Positions 32,833-48,890 are shown, counted from the first letter of the stretch. The stretch is 64,000 nucleotides of DNA from Kofleriaceae bacterium (GCA_965215005.1 CBDCCZ010000012.1:96001-160000); one strand, 5' to 3'. Notes: generated by a model from the sequence alone, not told the origin. A program made the numbers and translations.

Positions 32833-34109
32833 AGCTCGCGGCGTTGACCGTGCTCCTGGGCGCGAGCACCGCGCTGGCACAACCGAGTGCGCCAGCCGAT
32901 TACGCCCCCGACAGCCCGACGTGGAATGGCCTCAGCACGCTGTCTGCCCTGGCACGCGGCCTCGGACTACAGGTCTACGCGCCATCCGCCCTCGATTGGC
33001 AAGAGCTCGAGGAGTCAGACGTCCTGTTCATCCTCTATCCGCGGGCGCGGCTCGAGCCGGTGCATGTGGCAGCCTTCATCCGCAACGGCGGTCACGTGCT
33101 CCTGGCCGATGATTTTGGCGCCAGTGACGAGGCCGTGGCTCGGCTCGGCATGCTGCGCACCAGCGGCATCGGCGTGGCGGCCGAGGCCTTCCACGACGAC
33201 CAGCCATTTGCGCCCATCGCTTCCCCGGTGACGGCAACCCATCCGCTGGCTCGTGACGTCGGCGAGCTCACCACCAATCACCCCGCCGTCCTTCGTGAGC
33301 TGCGTGGGCCCAAGGCCATTTTCGAGCTCGCCCCCGGCGAGGCGGTGGTTGCCGCCGGCTCCGTGGGCGGAAGCGGCCGCTTCGTGGTGCTGTCGGACCC
33401 AAGCGTGCTCATCAACCGCATGCTGCAGCTCGACGGCAACGTGCAGTTTGCCATCAACGTGCTGCGATTTCTGTCGCGGCCGCAGAGCAAGCGATTGGTG
33501 CTGCTAATCGGCAACTTCGACTTGCGCGGGGCGCCGAGCGACGCTCCGGCAACACCCGATGCCGACGCCGCGGCGCTCGCTGCCGAGCTCAATCGCTGGC
33601 TCGAAGAGGGCAACGACTACTTGTTGACCACCGTGGGGTTGCGCGCCGTCGCGGTCCTGGCGGCGGTGGTGTTGGCGCTGCTCGGGCTGGCGGTTCTGCC
33701 GCGGCTGCGCAAGCAAGCTCTCGACGGTCGCTGGACCCGCGCCAATCATCCGCTGAGCGATGACGTTGCCTCGGTCGTCGCGCGCTTTGACAGCGCCCAA
33801 AGCCGCAATTACCTACTCCCCGCCGCGATCCTGCGCGACTCTGTCGACCGTGCCTTGGCCGCCGCGTTGAAGCAACCCGAGCCGCTCCAGCTGCTGCAGC
33901 GGCATCAGCTGCTCGCCGAGGTCGAGGTCCACCTAGGGCAAGACGCAGCGGCGCGCCTGGCGCACCTGCACCGCCGGCTCTTTGGGCTGCCGAGCCGCAC
34001 CCAAGCAGCTTCGCCGTGGAGCGCAGGGTTTGTCTCGCGCCGCGAATTCGAGCGCCTCGACACCGAGGTCGCCGCGCTTTGTCGTAGGCTGGAGGCGGGG
34101 CTGCAGTGA
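32829..34109 (+). CDS. DUF4350 domain membrane protein
   Basis: Signal peptide, DY..WNGLSTL, AFIRNGGHVLLADDFG, GRFVVLSDPSVLINRML, one TM; directly upstream of MoxR. Confidence 0.8.
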   Translation: MKLAALTVLLGASTALAQPSAPADYAPDSPTWNGLSTLSALARGLGLQVYAPSALDWQELEESDVLFILYPRARLEPVHVAAFIRNGGHVLLADDFGASDEAVARLGMLRTSGIGVAAEAFHDDQPFAPIASPVTATHPLARDVGELTTNHPAVLRELRGPKAIFELAPGEAVVAAGSVGGSGRFVVLSDPSVLINRMLQLDGNVQFAINVLRFLSRPQSKRLVLLIGNFDLRGAPSDAPATPDADAAALAAELNRWLEEGNDYLLTTVGLRAVAVLAAVVLALLGLAVLPRLRKQALDGRWTRANHPLSDDVASVVARFDSAQSRNYLLPAAILRDSVDRALAAALKQPEPLQLLQRHQLLAEVEVHLGQDAAARLAHLHRRLFGLPSRTQAASPWSAGFVSRREFERLDTEVAALCRRLEAGLQ

Positions 34110-34154
34110 TCGCCGAGGGCAACGTCGTCAACATCGCCGTAGAGCAGGGAATGC

Positions 34155-35123
<969 letters not shown>

Positions 35124-35151
35124 GGAGCGGACTCATCGGCAAGAGCTCAAC

Positions 35152-36859
35152 ATGACTCCGGCGCTCGCTCGCCGCGGCAAGCTGATCCTCGCCAGCGCCA
35201 TCACCTTCGTCCTCGCCGGCGCCATTCATTTGGCGCCGCCGCTCGTCGGGCTCGGCAGCTTGGTCATCATCGCGCTGCTCGTCGGCTATCTGGCGTTCTT
35301 TCCCACCGCGGTGCTCCTGCGACGCAAGAAGATCGAGCTTTCTTGGTGGATTCCGCCGGGTGAGCGAGCCGGTGGCGCACTCGCCGCCGAGTGCCCCTTT
35401 GCCGTCCACGTCGCCTTTCGCAATCACGGCCGCCGAGCTCTACGCATCCTGGAAGTAACGATCCACGCGACGTCGGCGCTCGAGCCGCCCACCGCACTCG
35501 AGGCGGTGGTACCGCCGTGCCAGCAAGTGGAGGTGCGCGCCACCGCCCGCTGTCACGCCACCGGCTATCAGGTGCTGCATGGCGCCGTTCTCACCTTTGG
35601 TGATCCCCTCGGGCTCTTCTACGTGCGCGCGTTCTTCCCCAATCCCATGGCGATCAAGGTGTTCCCGCGGCAGATGAACGCACGCGGAGCGCCGCTTCGC
35701 TCCACCGGTGGAGCCGTGCACGATCAGGTGGGACTGCACTCCCACGCGGCGTCGCGGGTTAGCCGGTGAGCTCCGCGAGCTGCGCGAGCACGTCCCCGGC
35801 GATCCCTTCAAGTTCATCGCCTGGAAGGCCACGGCGCGGCGCCGCAAGCTGATGGTGCGCGAGCTTGAAACCGAGCTCGTCGCCACGCATCAGATCTTGC
35901 TCGATATCGCCGCCACCATGCGCGGCGGCGTCGCCGGTCACACCAAGCTCGATCACGCCATCGAGACTGCCACGAGCCTTGCCTCTGCCACGTTAGCAGC
36001 AGGGGATCGCGTCGGCCTCATGACCTACGACACGCGCGTCTACTCCGAGCTGCGGCCCGCCCGCCGGTCACCATCATTTGTTGCGACTCGTCGACTGCCT
36101 GGTGGAGACGCAAAGCGTCGTCGACGAGGATCTCACCGACGTGACCACCAGCGAGCTCGTCGCCGTCTGCGCACGCTACCTCGCCCATCAGGAAGCCGTC
36201 GATGTGCGCTTGCGGCGCGCCCCCGCCCCAGGCGATCCACTCTGGGAACGAATCGTCGCCGGTCCGGGTGGCGAGCTGTTTGACCTGCAGGCCCTCACGG
36301 CAATCGTCGACTCGCTGCTCCGGGCCATGGACCAAAGGCAAGGCGCAACGCAAGCTCGCGCCGGCGTGGTGGTGGTCGCGCGTCAGCATCACCGCCGACA
36401 CCCACCCCGCCATGGCCAAGCTGCGGCTGTTTTGCCGCCTGCGCGGGATCGAGTTGCCCTACCGCCGCGCCCATCCCGCCGGCCATCGCGCCGTGGGCTT
36501 ATCGAGGGCGGCGCAGCGTCTTGCCGCCCAACCCCGCGCCGATCGTCTCGTCTGGATCACCGATCTCCACGGCCTGCTCGAGCGCCCTGAGCTCACCTCG
36601 CAAGCGCTCGGCCGCGCGCGTCATCGCGGCGCGAGCATCGTCGCCGTGGTTCCGTTTGGGCCGCTGTTTGCCCCCCGCCCCGAGCACCGCCGCGGGCAAA
36701 CGCGTCGCCGCCGCCCTCGGCCGCGAAGAAACCGCCCACTTCGAGCAAGCCCGCCGCCTCCTCGCCGGCCACGGCATTCCGGTCCTACGGACCGGGCCGG
36801 GCGATCATCCGGCGACGCTGATGAGTCGGCTCCGTCCCGCGTCGCGCCGCGCCGCCTGA
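35152..36859 (+). CDS. DUF58 (VWA-like) MoxR partner, split by four apparent +1 frameshifts
   Basis: Joined frames give N-terminal TMs, GDPLGLF, ELRELREHVPGDPFKFIAWKATARRRKLMVRELE, GDRVGL, WITDL. Shifts near 35740, 36060, 36335 and 36675. Confidence 0.85.
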
Positions 36860-36873
36860 GCTGGTCGCTAGAT

Positions 36874-37668
36874 CTACACCCACGGCGAGCGCACCGCCGG
36901 GTGCACCGCTGCAAAGAGAACCAGCACCGCGACCTCGCAGGCCACGTTGGCCGCCCCCAGCGTATCGCCGGTGATGCCCCCGAGGCGGCGATGGAAATAG
37001 CGGCCGGCGCCGTAGGCCACCCCCACGGCTAAGCCGCAGGCCCAAAGGCCGGTGCTGCCGGCAAGGAGCAGCGCCGCCAGCACGGCGCCGGCGCCGGTGA
37101 CAGCCAGGATGCGACCACTGGCGCCGGCAACGAGGGGCTTGCCGAGGCCGGGCTCCTCCAAGCGAACGTAAGGATGAAGGCGCAACAGCAGCAGCGATGA
37201 CCAGCGGCCGAGGGCATGGGCGAGAATCAGCGCCACGGTCCACGCGCTCGGCGCCATGCTCCACAGGCAGGCGGCGCGCAGGCCCAAGAGCAGGACCAGC
37301 GCGAGCGCCCCGTAGGTGCCGACGCGGCTGTCGCGCATGATGCGCAGCCGATCGGCGCGAGCAAAGGCGCCGCCGATGCCATCAGCGCTATCGGCGAGAC
37401 CATCTTCATGAAAGGCACCGGTGAGCAAGACGCCAAGGAGCAGCACGAGCATCGCGACGAGACCGGGCGCGAGCGGGATCGACAGGAGCCCCGCGGCCGC
37501 GCTTGCCATCAGCCCGCCGACGATGGCACCAACGATCGGAAACCAGCGCGCGGCAACGACCAGATCCGCCGCGGAGGGATTGAGCTCGCGCGGCACCGGC
37601 AGCCGGGTCATGAACTGCAGCGCGACGAGCAGCGAGTACAGCGGCGGCAGGCGCCAAAGCGGTTTCAT
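36874..37668 (-). CDS. cobS: Adenosylcobinamide-GDP ribazoletransferase (cobalamin synthase)
   Basis: ALQFMTRLP, TGAFHEDGLADSADG, IMRDSRVGTYG, LGGITGDTLGA. Confidence 0.96.
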   Translation of the reverse strand: MKPLWRLPPLYSLLVALQFMTRLPVPRELNPSAADLVVAARWFPIVGAIVGGLMASAAAGLLSIPLAPGLVAMLVLLLGVLLTGAFHEDGLADSADGIGGAFARADRLRIMRDSRVGTYGALALVLLLGLRAACLWSMAPSAWTVALILAHALGRWSSLLLLRLHPYVRLEEPGLGKPLVAGASGRILAVTGAGAVLAALLLAGSTGLWACGLAVGVAYGAGRYFHRRLGGITGDTLGAANVACEVAVLVLFAAVHPAVRSPWV

Positions 37669-38720
37669 GCGCCTTCCATGATTGCAGCCAGAGTCGTCAT
37701 TTCAGAAACGATGGCGCAGGCGGCGCTCGCCAGCGGCAGCGCCAGCGCGGCGCCGCTGGCTTCTCCCAGTCGCAGCTCGAGGTTCAACAGCGGCGGGCCC
37801 AAGTCCAGGGCAGCGAGCACCGCCTGGTGGCCCGGCTCCGTCGAGAGAGTTGCAGGAATCAGATAGCCGCGGGCGCTGGGCGCATAGCGAATGGCGGCAA
37901 GCGCGGCGACGCTGGCGATGAAGCCATCGACGAGCACCGGCAGGCGACGCGCTGCGGCCCCTAGATAGGCACCGACCATGGCCGCGTGGTCGAAACCGCC
38001 GAGGTCGGCGAGCACCGCGGCGATGTCGGCGCGAGCGGCGCTCGAGCGCGCCAACGCCCGCTCGACCACGGAGATTTTGCGCGCGACGCCCGCGGCATCG
38101 AGGCCGGTGCCCGGTCCCACCACGGCGGACGCTGGCCGATCGAGGAGCCGAGCGGCGAGCGCGGCGGCAGCGGTGGTGTTGCCGATGCCCATCTCTCCCA
38201 CCGCGAGCAGCCGGCACCCCGCCTTGGCCGCTCGGGTCGCCGCGTCCGCGCCAGCAGCGACAGCTTGCCGAGCCTGCGCCAGAGTCATCGCTGGCTCGCG
38301 CGCGATGTTGCCGGTGCCTTTGGCCACCGACGCCAACACCAGCGACGAGCCGGCGACGGCAGTCATCTCGGCGGCGACACCAACGTCGATGACCTCGAGC
38401 GAAGCGCCAGCTTGCCGGGCCAGTACCGCCACCGCGGCGCCGCCGGTGCAAAAGGCGCGCACCATGGCCGCCGTGACCGCCTGAGGATACGGGCTCACGG
38501 CTTCGGCAACCACGCCATGATCGGCAGCGAAGACGAGGACGCGAGCGGGCGTGCTCGCGGGCGGGCTACTCGCCTGCGCCGCGGACAGGCGCACCGCCAG
38601 CTCCTCGAGTCGACCAAGGCTTTCGGGCGGCTTGGCCTTGGCATGGAGCCGTGCTTGCGTCGCCGCTGCCGACGCCGCACAAACGGGAACAATCGCCGAG
38701 ACCTCGAACATGGCTGGCAA
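37665..38720 (-). CDS. cobT: Nicotinate-nucleotide--dimethylbenzimidazole phosphoribosyltransferase
   Basis: KPPESLGRLE, FAADHGV, VSPYPQAVT, GEMGIGNTT, GPGTGLD, VDGFI, RLGEASGA. Confidence 0.96.
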   Translation of the reverse strand: MPAMFEVSAIVPVCAASAAATQARLHAKAKPPESLGRLEELAVRLSAAQASSPPASTPARVLVFAADHGVVAEAVSPYPQAVTAAMVRAFCTGGAAVAVLARQAGASLEVIDVGVAAEMTAVAGSSLVLASVAKGTGNIAREPAMTLAQARQAVAAGADAATRAAKAGCRLLAVGEMGIGNTTAAAALAARLLDRPASAVVGPGTGLDAAGVARKISVVERALARSSAARADIAAVLADLGGFDHAAMVGAYLGAAARRLPVLVDGFIASVAALAAIRYAPSARGYLIPATLSTEPGHQAVLAALDLGPPLLNLELRLGEASGAALALPLASAACAIVSEMTTLAAIMEGA

Positions 38721-38775
38721 GGCTTACGCGTCCCCGGCGCCGAGGTCAATGCATGCTCCGCGCCGACAAGCGTGC

Positions 38776-42748
<3,973 letters not shown>

Positions 42749-42935
42749 CAGGCAAGGCTCCAAAGCGACAGGGAGAAGAACGCTGCCCGCGGCTTGAACG
42801 GGCGCGCCCGCAGGGACCCGCCGGATCGCCCACGGCGACGGCAGCATCGATCGCCGCTATGACATCCGAGGATCTGCTTAGCCCGCGAGGCCCACGGCGA
42901 CCACTCCAGAGCCGCCAGCTCTGGGGTGCTATATA

Positions 42936-44633
42936 ATGATGCGCATGCTTCGGCACCTGACGGTGCTCCTGGTCGTGCTCGACGTCGCTATGCCAGGCAC
43001 GGCCAATGCCGCGCCGCGAGTGACCGTGCAAGCGCGAACCGAGGTGGTCCTCGAGCCCCTTCGCCGGCAGGCCGACGGCGTCCTCGTCCGCGCTCAGCTG
43101 CTGGACCGCCTCACGCGCGCTCCCGTCGCCGCGGCGCCGGTGCGCATCACTGTCGATGGTCAGAGCCAGGAGCACCGCACGGATCGCGACGGCCGCGTCG
43201 ACGGCATCTTCGCTATCGGAGAGCGGAGCGAGCTGCGCGTGGAGTTCGCCGGCGACGCCCACTACAGCGCCGCTTCGGTGCAGCTCAGCGAGGTCGACGT
43301 TGCCAAGGAGCCGCTCGAGCTCAGCGTCGAGGTGGGCGACGTGGCGCTGTCGGCTCCGACCTTCGAGGTCATCGTGCGTGCGGGAACCGACGTTGCTGGC
43401 GCCGCGATCGCCGTGGAGCTATGGGCCGACGACGGCGCCGAGCGAGCGCGTCTCGGCACTCTCGTCACCGACACCACCGGACGGGGCGTGCAGCAGGTTG
43501 CGACCGCGCTGCTCGATGCCCCCGGACGCAAACGCGTCATTGCGCGCTTTGCCGGCAGCGATGCTTTCAACCCCGCAGAAGCCGCGACTCCCTTGCTGCT
43601 GACCACCACCACCGAGCTCGCCATGGCCGTGGCCCCTGCCGAGATCGCTTTCGAAGGGCGGCTCGCGACCCGAGGCCGGCTGATCGACGCCCGCGGCGAC
43701 GGCCTCAGCAGCGCCGTCATCGCGGTGGTGGCCGACCAGCGCCGCCTCGGCGAAGCCATCACCGATGACCGTGGCCACTGGACCTTTACCGTGCCGGCAG
43801 CCGAGGTCGGCACCGGTCGCTGGCACGTGCAAGCCCACTTCGAGCCCCTCCTGCCGTGGCATCGAGCCAGTCGCAGCGGGCCAGTCGCGCTCCGCGTGGC
43901 CGAGCCAGCGCCGGTGCCAGTTGGCTACACCATCGCCGCGTTCGCGGCCACTGCGCTGGCGCTGCTAGCGTTCGTGCTGCTGCGCCTGCGACCATGGCGG
44001 CGCCTGCGTCGGCCGCGACCGGCCTCGGTCGCAGCACGACCGCCCTCTCAAGCGGCTCCGACGCCTGCGTTTATCCCCGCGCAGCCACGCTTCATTGCCG
44101 GCATGCGCCAGCCGCACGAGGAGCGATTCACCGGCACGGTTCACGATGCCACGACCGGCGCGCCGGTGCCGGACGCCGCGCTGGAGCTGCGCGGCCCTGG
44201 CGAGACGATCGTTCTATCCTGCGACGGCGCCGCGCGCTTCGCCTCGCCGCCGCTGGCGGCAGGAAGCTTTACGGTGCGCGCTTGGGCCGCGGGCTACGTG
44301 ACTCACGAGTTCACGATCGCCCTGCCCCATCGCGGCGAGCTCACGGAGGCGCGGATCGAGCTCGTCGCCATTCGTGAGCAGATCTTCTCGTGCTACCGCG
44401 CCGCGGCCCTGCCGCTGATACCCCGCAGCGAGCTGTGGGGCATCTGGACGCCGCGGCAGATCTTCGAGCACGTCCGGCAGCAGCGCCCCGCCGGCGCGCT
44501 CCGCCACCTCACGGATTTCGTCGAAGAGGCGTACTTCTCACCGCGAGCTCCTGACGAAGCAGCGCTCAACGAGGCCCTCGGGCGCATCGAGCGTGCGCGC
44601 CACGAGCAGGCCGGGTCGAGCGGCGCTGACTGA
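42936..44633 (+). CDS. Membrane protein with Ig-like repeats, carboxypeptidase-regulatory-like domain and DUF4129-like C-terminus
   Basis: Signal peptide, repeated beta modules (TDRDG, TDTTG, TDDRG; FAGD), central TM, GTVHDATTGAPVPDA, C-terminal TPRQ..ALRHLTDFVEEAYFS. Start may be 42945. Confidence 0.75.
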   Translation: MMRMLRHLTVLLVVLDVAMPGTANAAPRVTVQARTEVVLEPLRRQADGVLVRAQLLDRLTRAPVAAAPVRITVDGQSQEHRTDRDGRVDGIFAIGERSELRVEFAGDAHYSAASVQLSEVDVAKEPLELSVEVGDVALSAPTFEVIVRAGTDVAGAAIAVELWADDGAERARLGTLVTDTTGRGVQQVATALLDAPGRKRVIARFAGSDAFNPAEAATPLLLTTTTELAMAVAPAEIAFEGRLATRGRLIDARGDGLSSAVIAVVADQRRLGEAITDDRGHWTFTVPAAEVGTGRWHVQAHFEPLLPWHRASRSGPVALRVAEPAPVPVGYTIAAFAATALALLAFVLLRLRPWRRLRRPRPASVAARPPSQAAPTPAFIPAQPRFIAGMRQPHEERFTGTVHDATTGAPVPDAALELRGPGETIVLSCDGAARFASPPLAAGSFTVRAWAAGYVTHEFTIALPHRGELTEARIELVAIREQIFSCYRAAALPLIPRSELWGIWTPRQIFEHVRQQRPAGALRHLTDFVEEAYFSPRAPDEAALNEALGRIERARHEQAGSSGAD

Positions 44634-44701
44634 ATCGAGAGTGACTTTGGCGGCCCCGCCCCTTCCTCGCCGATAGTCCTGCCAGTTATAAATCCGGCGG
44701 C

Positions 44702-45848
44702 ATGACCGCCACCGAAATTGCCATTTTCGTCGGTGTCCTGGCTGCGGTCGTCCTGTTCCTCTTCATTGTTCGGCGGGCGTCGGAGAAGAGCGCGGACGAG
44801 AGCGCCAAAGCCGTTCGTGAGCGACTGGGGCCGTGAGGAAGCGGCGCGCGCTGAGCCGGCAGCGCCCAAACCAGCAACGGCTCGAGCCGCTCCTGCAACT
44901 CCTTCGCGGGCCGAAAATTTGGCCGTCGAGTCGGAGGAGCGCGCTGTCCTCGAGCAGGGCCTGGCCAAGACGCGCGGCGGTTTCGTCGCTCGACTGGGCA
45001 CGCTGTTCTCGAAAAAGAAGATCGACGACGAGCTTCTCGACGAGATCGAAACGGTGCTGTTCACCGCCGACATCGCCCCAAAGACAGCGGAGAAGATCTT
45101 TCAGCAGGTCAAAAATGCCTTGTCGCGGGGCGAGCTCAGCGATGCGGAGGCCATTTGGTCGGAAATCCGCCAGGCCTCGGCCGCGATTCTCGCCGTGGAG
45201 GCACCGCCGCTGCGCTTTGACCGCACCAAGCCGTTCGTGTTGCTCACCATCGGTGTCAACGGCGTCGGTAAGACCACCACCATCGGCAAGGTCGCCGCCA
45301 AGCTGACCCGCGAAGGTCGCAGCGTCATCCTCGGCGCTGGCGATACCTTTCGCGCCGCCGCCGTCGAGCAACTCGAGATCTGGGGCGAGCGCGCCGGCGC
45401 CCCGGTGGTCAAAGGGGAAGCCAAGCGCGACCCTTCCTCGGTGATCTTCGATGCCATCGAGCGCGGCGTCGCCGACAACGCCGACGTGGTCATTTGCGAT
45501 ACCGCCGGGCGCCTGCACACCAAGGTCGACCTCATGGACGAGCTCAAGAAAGTGCGCCGTGCCTGCGATAAAGCGCTGCAGGGGGCGCCGCATGAGACCT
45601 GGTTGGTGCTCGATGCAACCACCGGCCAAAACGCCATTCAGCAGGCGCAGATGTTCAAGCAGGCGATGGACATTACCGGCATCGTCCTCACCAAGCTCGA
45701 TGGCACCGCCAAGGGCGGCGTCATCCTCGGAATCGCCGACGAGCTCGGGGTACCGGTGCGCTACATCGGCATCGGTGAGCGAGTCGAGGATCTGCGCGAG
45801 TTCGATGCGCGAGCGTTCGTCGATGCTCTTTACGCCCACGCCGCATAA
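44702..45848 (+). CDS. ftsY: SRP receptor FtsY, one apparent +1 frameshift near 44830
   Basis: [48 protein letters not shown]. Upstream frame from ATG 44702 encodes a TM segment that joins if one G of GGGG is removed. Confidence 0.95.
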
Positions 45849-46010
45849 CCAACGAAGGTCGTCGAGTTGCTGGTTTCGAAAATGCCATGTTATAGTGCGC
45901 CAGCGTTTGGGGACGCGTGCAAGCCTGCATGATCATTGCGTTTTTATTAAGTGCGGGCGCGCCGACCGATGCGCGTATCAGAGCCTGGCTCGCGGAGGGA
46001 GAACCCTGAG

Positions 46011-46929
46011 ATGAAGCGACGCTGTATCTGGTCTTTGCTAGCGTTCGCGCTCTTCTGCTTCGGCGGAGCGACGAACAGCTTCGCCCAGGACGAAGACGAC
46101 GACATGACCTTCGATCCCGTCGATCCCTCCGCGGAGCCGGCGCCCGAAGAGTTCGACCCCGTCGATCCGTCTGAAGAGCCGGAGTTGCCCGAACCGGAAC
46201 CGGAGCTGCCCGAGCCCGGCGAAGCGGGCGAGCCATTGACCGCCGACGATGCCCCGCTCGGGCGAAGTCGCGTCTCCTGGCAAGACATCGTGGTGGTGGT
46301 GCGTAAGCCGTTCCTCAAGGTGGGACGCGCCGAGCTAGTCCCGCTGTGGGGCACCACCATGAATGACAATTTGATTCGGCACTACATGTTCGGCGGCCAG
46401 CTCAACTATTGGCTCACGGACGTGCTGGCGACCGGCATCGAAGGCTTCTACTACGTGGACGATTTGCGCGAGCCGTTCGACCTGGTCGCGCGGCAAGCAC
46501 GGCGGCTGCCCACCGTCAACAAGTACAACTACAGCGCGGCGCTCAACTTTCACTACGTGCCCATCTACGGCAAGTTCGCCGTGCTCAACGAGCACATCAT
46601 TACGTGGGAGTCCTACTTCACTCTCGGGGTCGGCATCACCCAGTCCGAAGTGCTGCCGCGCGACCCGGCGCTGCAGTCGTTTACCAACATGCTGATCACG
46701 CCCAACGTGGGCGCGTCGATGCGCTTCTTCCTCACCAAGGTTCCTCACGGTCAACTTCGGCGTCCGCGACTACGTGTTCATCGATCAATTCGAGGCTACC
46801 GATCGCACCGAAATTTCCGGCGACGCCGCCAAGGACAATGCCAGCACGGCCCTCATCAACAATGTGATGTTCCAGGCAGGGATCAGTTTCTGGTTCCCGA
46901 CCTCCTTCGAATACACCACGTTCCGCTAG
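46011..46929 (+). CDS. Myxobacterial outer-membrane beta-barrel protein (GltA/GltB/GltH-like), apparent +1 frameshift near 46740
   Basis: Signal peptide, acidic linker, [23 protein letters not shown]; the shifted frame continues [27 protein letters not shown]. Confidence 0.8.
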
Positions 46930-47139
46930 CCACCGGGACCGCGCATTCTGGCAACAGTCACCGCAGAGCGCGTTCCTAGTGAGCCACAAGGGACGGAAGA
47001 CCACGATTGATGAAACCTCACTGTACAAATCGCCAAGGCGAAAATCTCGTCTGCCACGCCTCATCTAGGGTGGATGAGACTCGGCTGGGTGCGTTTGATA
47101 CGTGGGACTAGGCGCCGCATCTCCGGCATGGGAGTCGAC

Positions 47140-48013
47140 ATGACGTTCCGCAAATTGCTTTCTTCGCTGCTCGTCGCGGCCGCCCTCGTGGTGCCGAGCC
47201 TGGTTGCCGATCACTCGCTTGCGCACGCGCAAACCGAGCGGGAGAGTCCGCTGGCCGATCAGCCGCCGGTGCGACATCGCATCCTCTTGGTGCGCAACCG
47301 CTTCGAGATCACCCCCGCCTTCGAAGCCACGGTCAACCCCGAGTTTCGCCAGGCGCTGTCGTTTGGTGGCAAGCTCGAGTACCACATCAGCGACATGTTC
47401 TCGGTGGGCGTGGTCGGCTTCTACGGGATCAATCGCGACACCGAGCTCACCAGCCGAATCATCAATACGTTGCCCGATGGCAATACCGCGCCGCCGCCCG
47501 CAGGCGACCCCACGCCTACCAAGCAAGAGTTCAGCTCGCACCTCAACGAGATGCCGTTTCACGGCGCCGCCTATATAGGCTTGACGCCGTGGTACGGCAA
47601 GCTAGCCGCGTTTGGGCAGTTCTTCGTCAACTTCGACTTTTATTTTCAAGCCGGCGTCTCGTTTGCGCAGCTCAAAGCGAGCTGTGCCGACACCGTCTGC
47701 AGCGACCGCAACCCCGGCGTCTCGGATCCCGCGGAGGGTCTAGCACCTGACAACGATCCCAATAACGATCCAACGCTCAATGATGGCAACCGCTATGGCC
47801 TGTATCTGGGCGGCGGCATTCACGTATTTCTCAACGACTTCATCGCCCTCGACCTCACCGTGCGCGACCTACGCGTTCTCGGACAATCCCTCGGGCTTGG
47901 ACTTCAACGCCGACCTCGCCGTCACCGACGACGACAGCCGCTTCTTGAATCATCTCTTCATGGGCGTGGGCATCTCAGTACTGCTGCCGTTCGAGGCCAA
48001 GCGCACCCCGTAG
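47140..48013 (+). CDS. Second myxobacterial outer-membrane beta-barrel protein, apparent +1 frameshift near 47868
   Basis: [34 protein letters not shown]; the shifted frame continues [21 protein letters not shown]. Confidence 0.8.
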
Positions 48014-48053
48014 CCTCCGGCCCTGCTCGCGGCTCTCGACGCCAGCCGAAATC

Positions 48054-48097
48054 AGCAACGCCGCACAGGCCCAGAGGCTCGTGCGGCGTTGTTCGTT
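48054..48097 (+). terminator. Putative terminator after the beta-barrel pair
   Basis: AGCAACGCCGCAC-N14-GTGCGGCGTTGTT followed by CGTT. Confidence 0.6.
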
Positions 48098-48122
48098 ACC
48101 GCGCGGGGTGGCTACGGTACGG

Positions 48123-48159
48123 ACTAGTGGTTTGCGGCGTAAGCCGGCAAACCACTAGT
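48123..48159. repeat. Inverted repeat between convergent genes
   Basis: ACTAGTGGTTTGC-GGC-GTAA-GCC-G-GCAAACCACTAGT with 13-bp perfect outer arms. Confidence 0.7.
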
Positions 48160-48173
48160 AAAGCAACAATCGC

Positions 48174-48770
48174 TTAGTAGTCGAGTCCGACGGTCTGGAA
48201 CAGGTGCTGCGGCATGCGCGCCAAGTCGGTCCGGATCTGCCGCATCGTGCCGTCACGCTCGAGCCCGAGGGTGACCCGCTGACCGGCGCGCCGGCTGCGA
48301 ATCATGTGCACCAGGTCCTGGGAGTCGGCCACTGGTTGGCCATCCACCGCGACGATGACATCGCCCGGAATCACTCCAGCGCCCCGCGCGGGTGAGCCGT
48401 GAAGAACTCGCACCACGCGAGCGCCCGCCGGATCGTGCGCGGTCGCCGCCGCTGACGCATCGGCGGTGACGATGTTGACTCCGAGCCACGTCGGAGCGGT
48501 ATCAGCCCAGCGATGATCGAGGACCACCGCGCGATGAGACACCGCCGACAGGTGCGGGCAACGATGCTCGCGCACAGCGTGCGCCATGTTGCTGAGACCA
48601 AAACCGACGGCGACCCCTGCCAGCGAGCACAACGCCACCAACACGGCCAGCCGCCCACGCTCACTGGGGACCAAGATGGTCTCGCGCTTGAGCGGCGCTG
48701 GTTGGGGAATCGAGCAATTCTCGCGGCGAGTTCTGGGTGCGGTGCTTGCGGTGTCGTCGGCCTGCTTCAT
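48174..48770 (-). CDS. Membrane-anchored PDZ domain protein
   Basis: SD GGAGG, one [40 protein letters not shown]. No protease domain. Confidence 0.85.
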   Translation of the reverse strand: MKQADDTASTAPRTRRENCSIPQPAPLKRETILVPSERGRLAVLVALCSLAGVAVGFGLSNMAHAVREHRCPHLSAVSHRAVVLDHRWADTAPTWLGVNIVTADASAAATAHDPAGARVVRVLHGSPARGAGVIPGDVIVAVDGQPVADSQDLVHMIRSRRAGQRVTLGLERDGTMRQIRTDLARMPQHLFQTVGLDY

Positions 48771-48890
48771 GAATACCTCCGTGGGTGCGGCGTTGAGTCT
48801 ATAAGCTTTGCGCCATTCCAGCCGTGAATCCAGGCAAAAGTGCAGGTCCATGGAAGGCCTTTGAGCGCCGTGCTAGCCTCCGCTAACCGC

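Noticed and set aside
48123..48159. Inverted repeat as a MITE or IS end
   Set aside because: Only one copy seen in the window, no transposase, and it lies between convergent genes where a terminator is expected.
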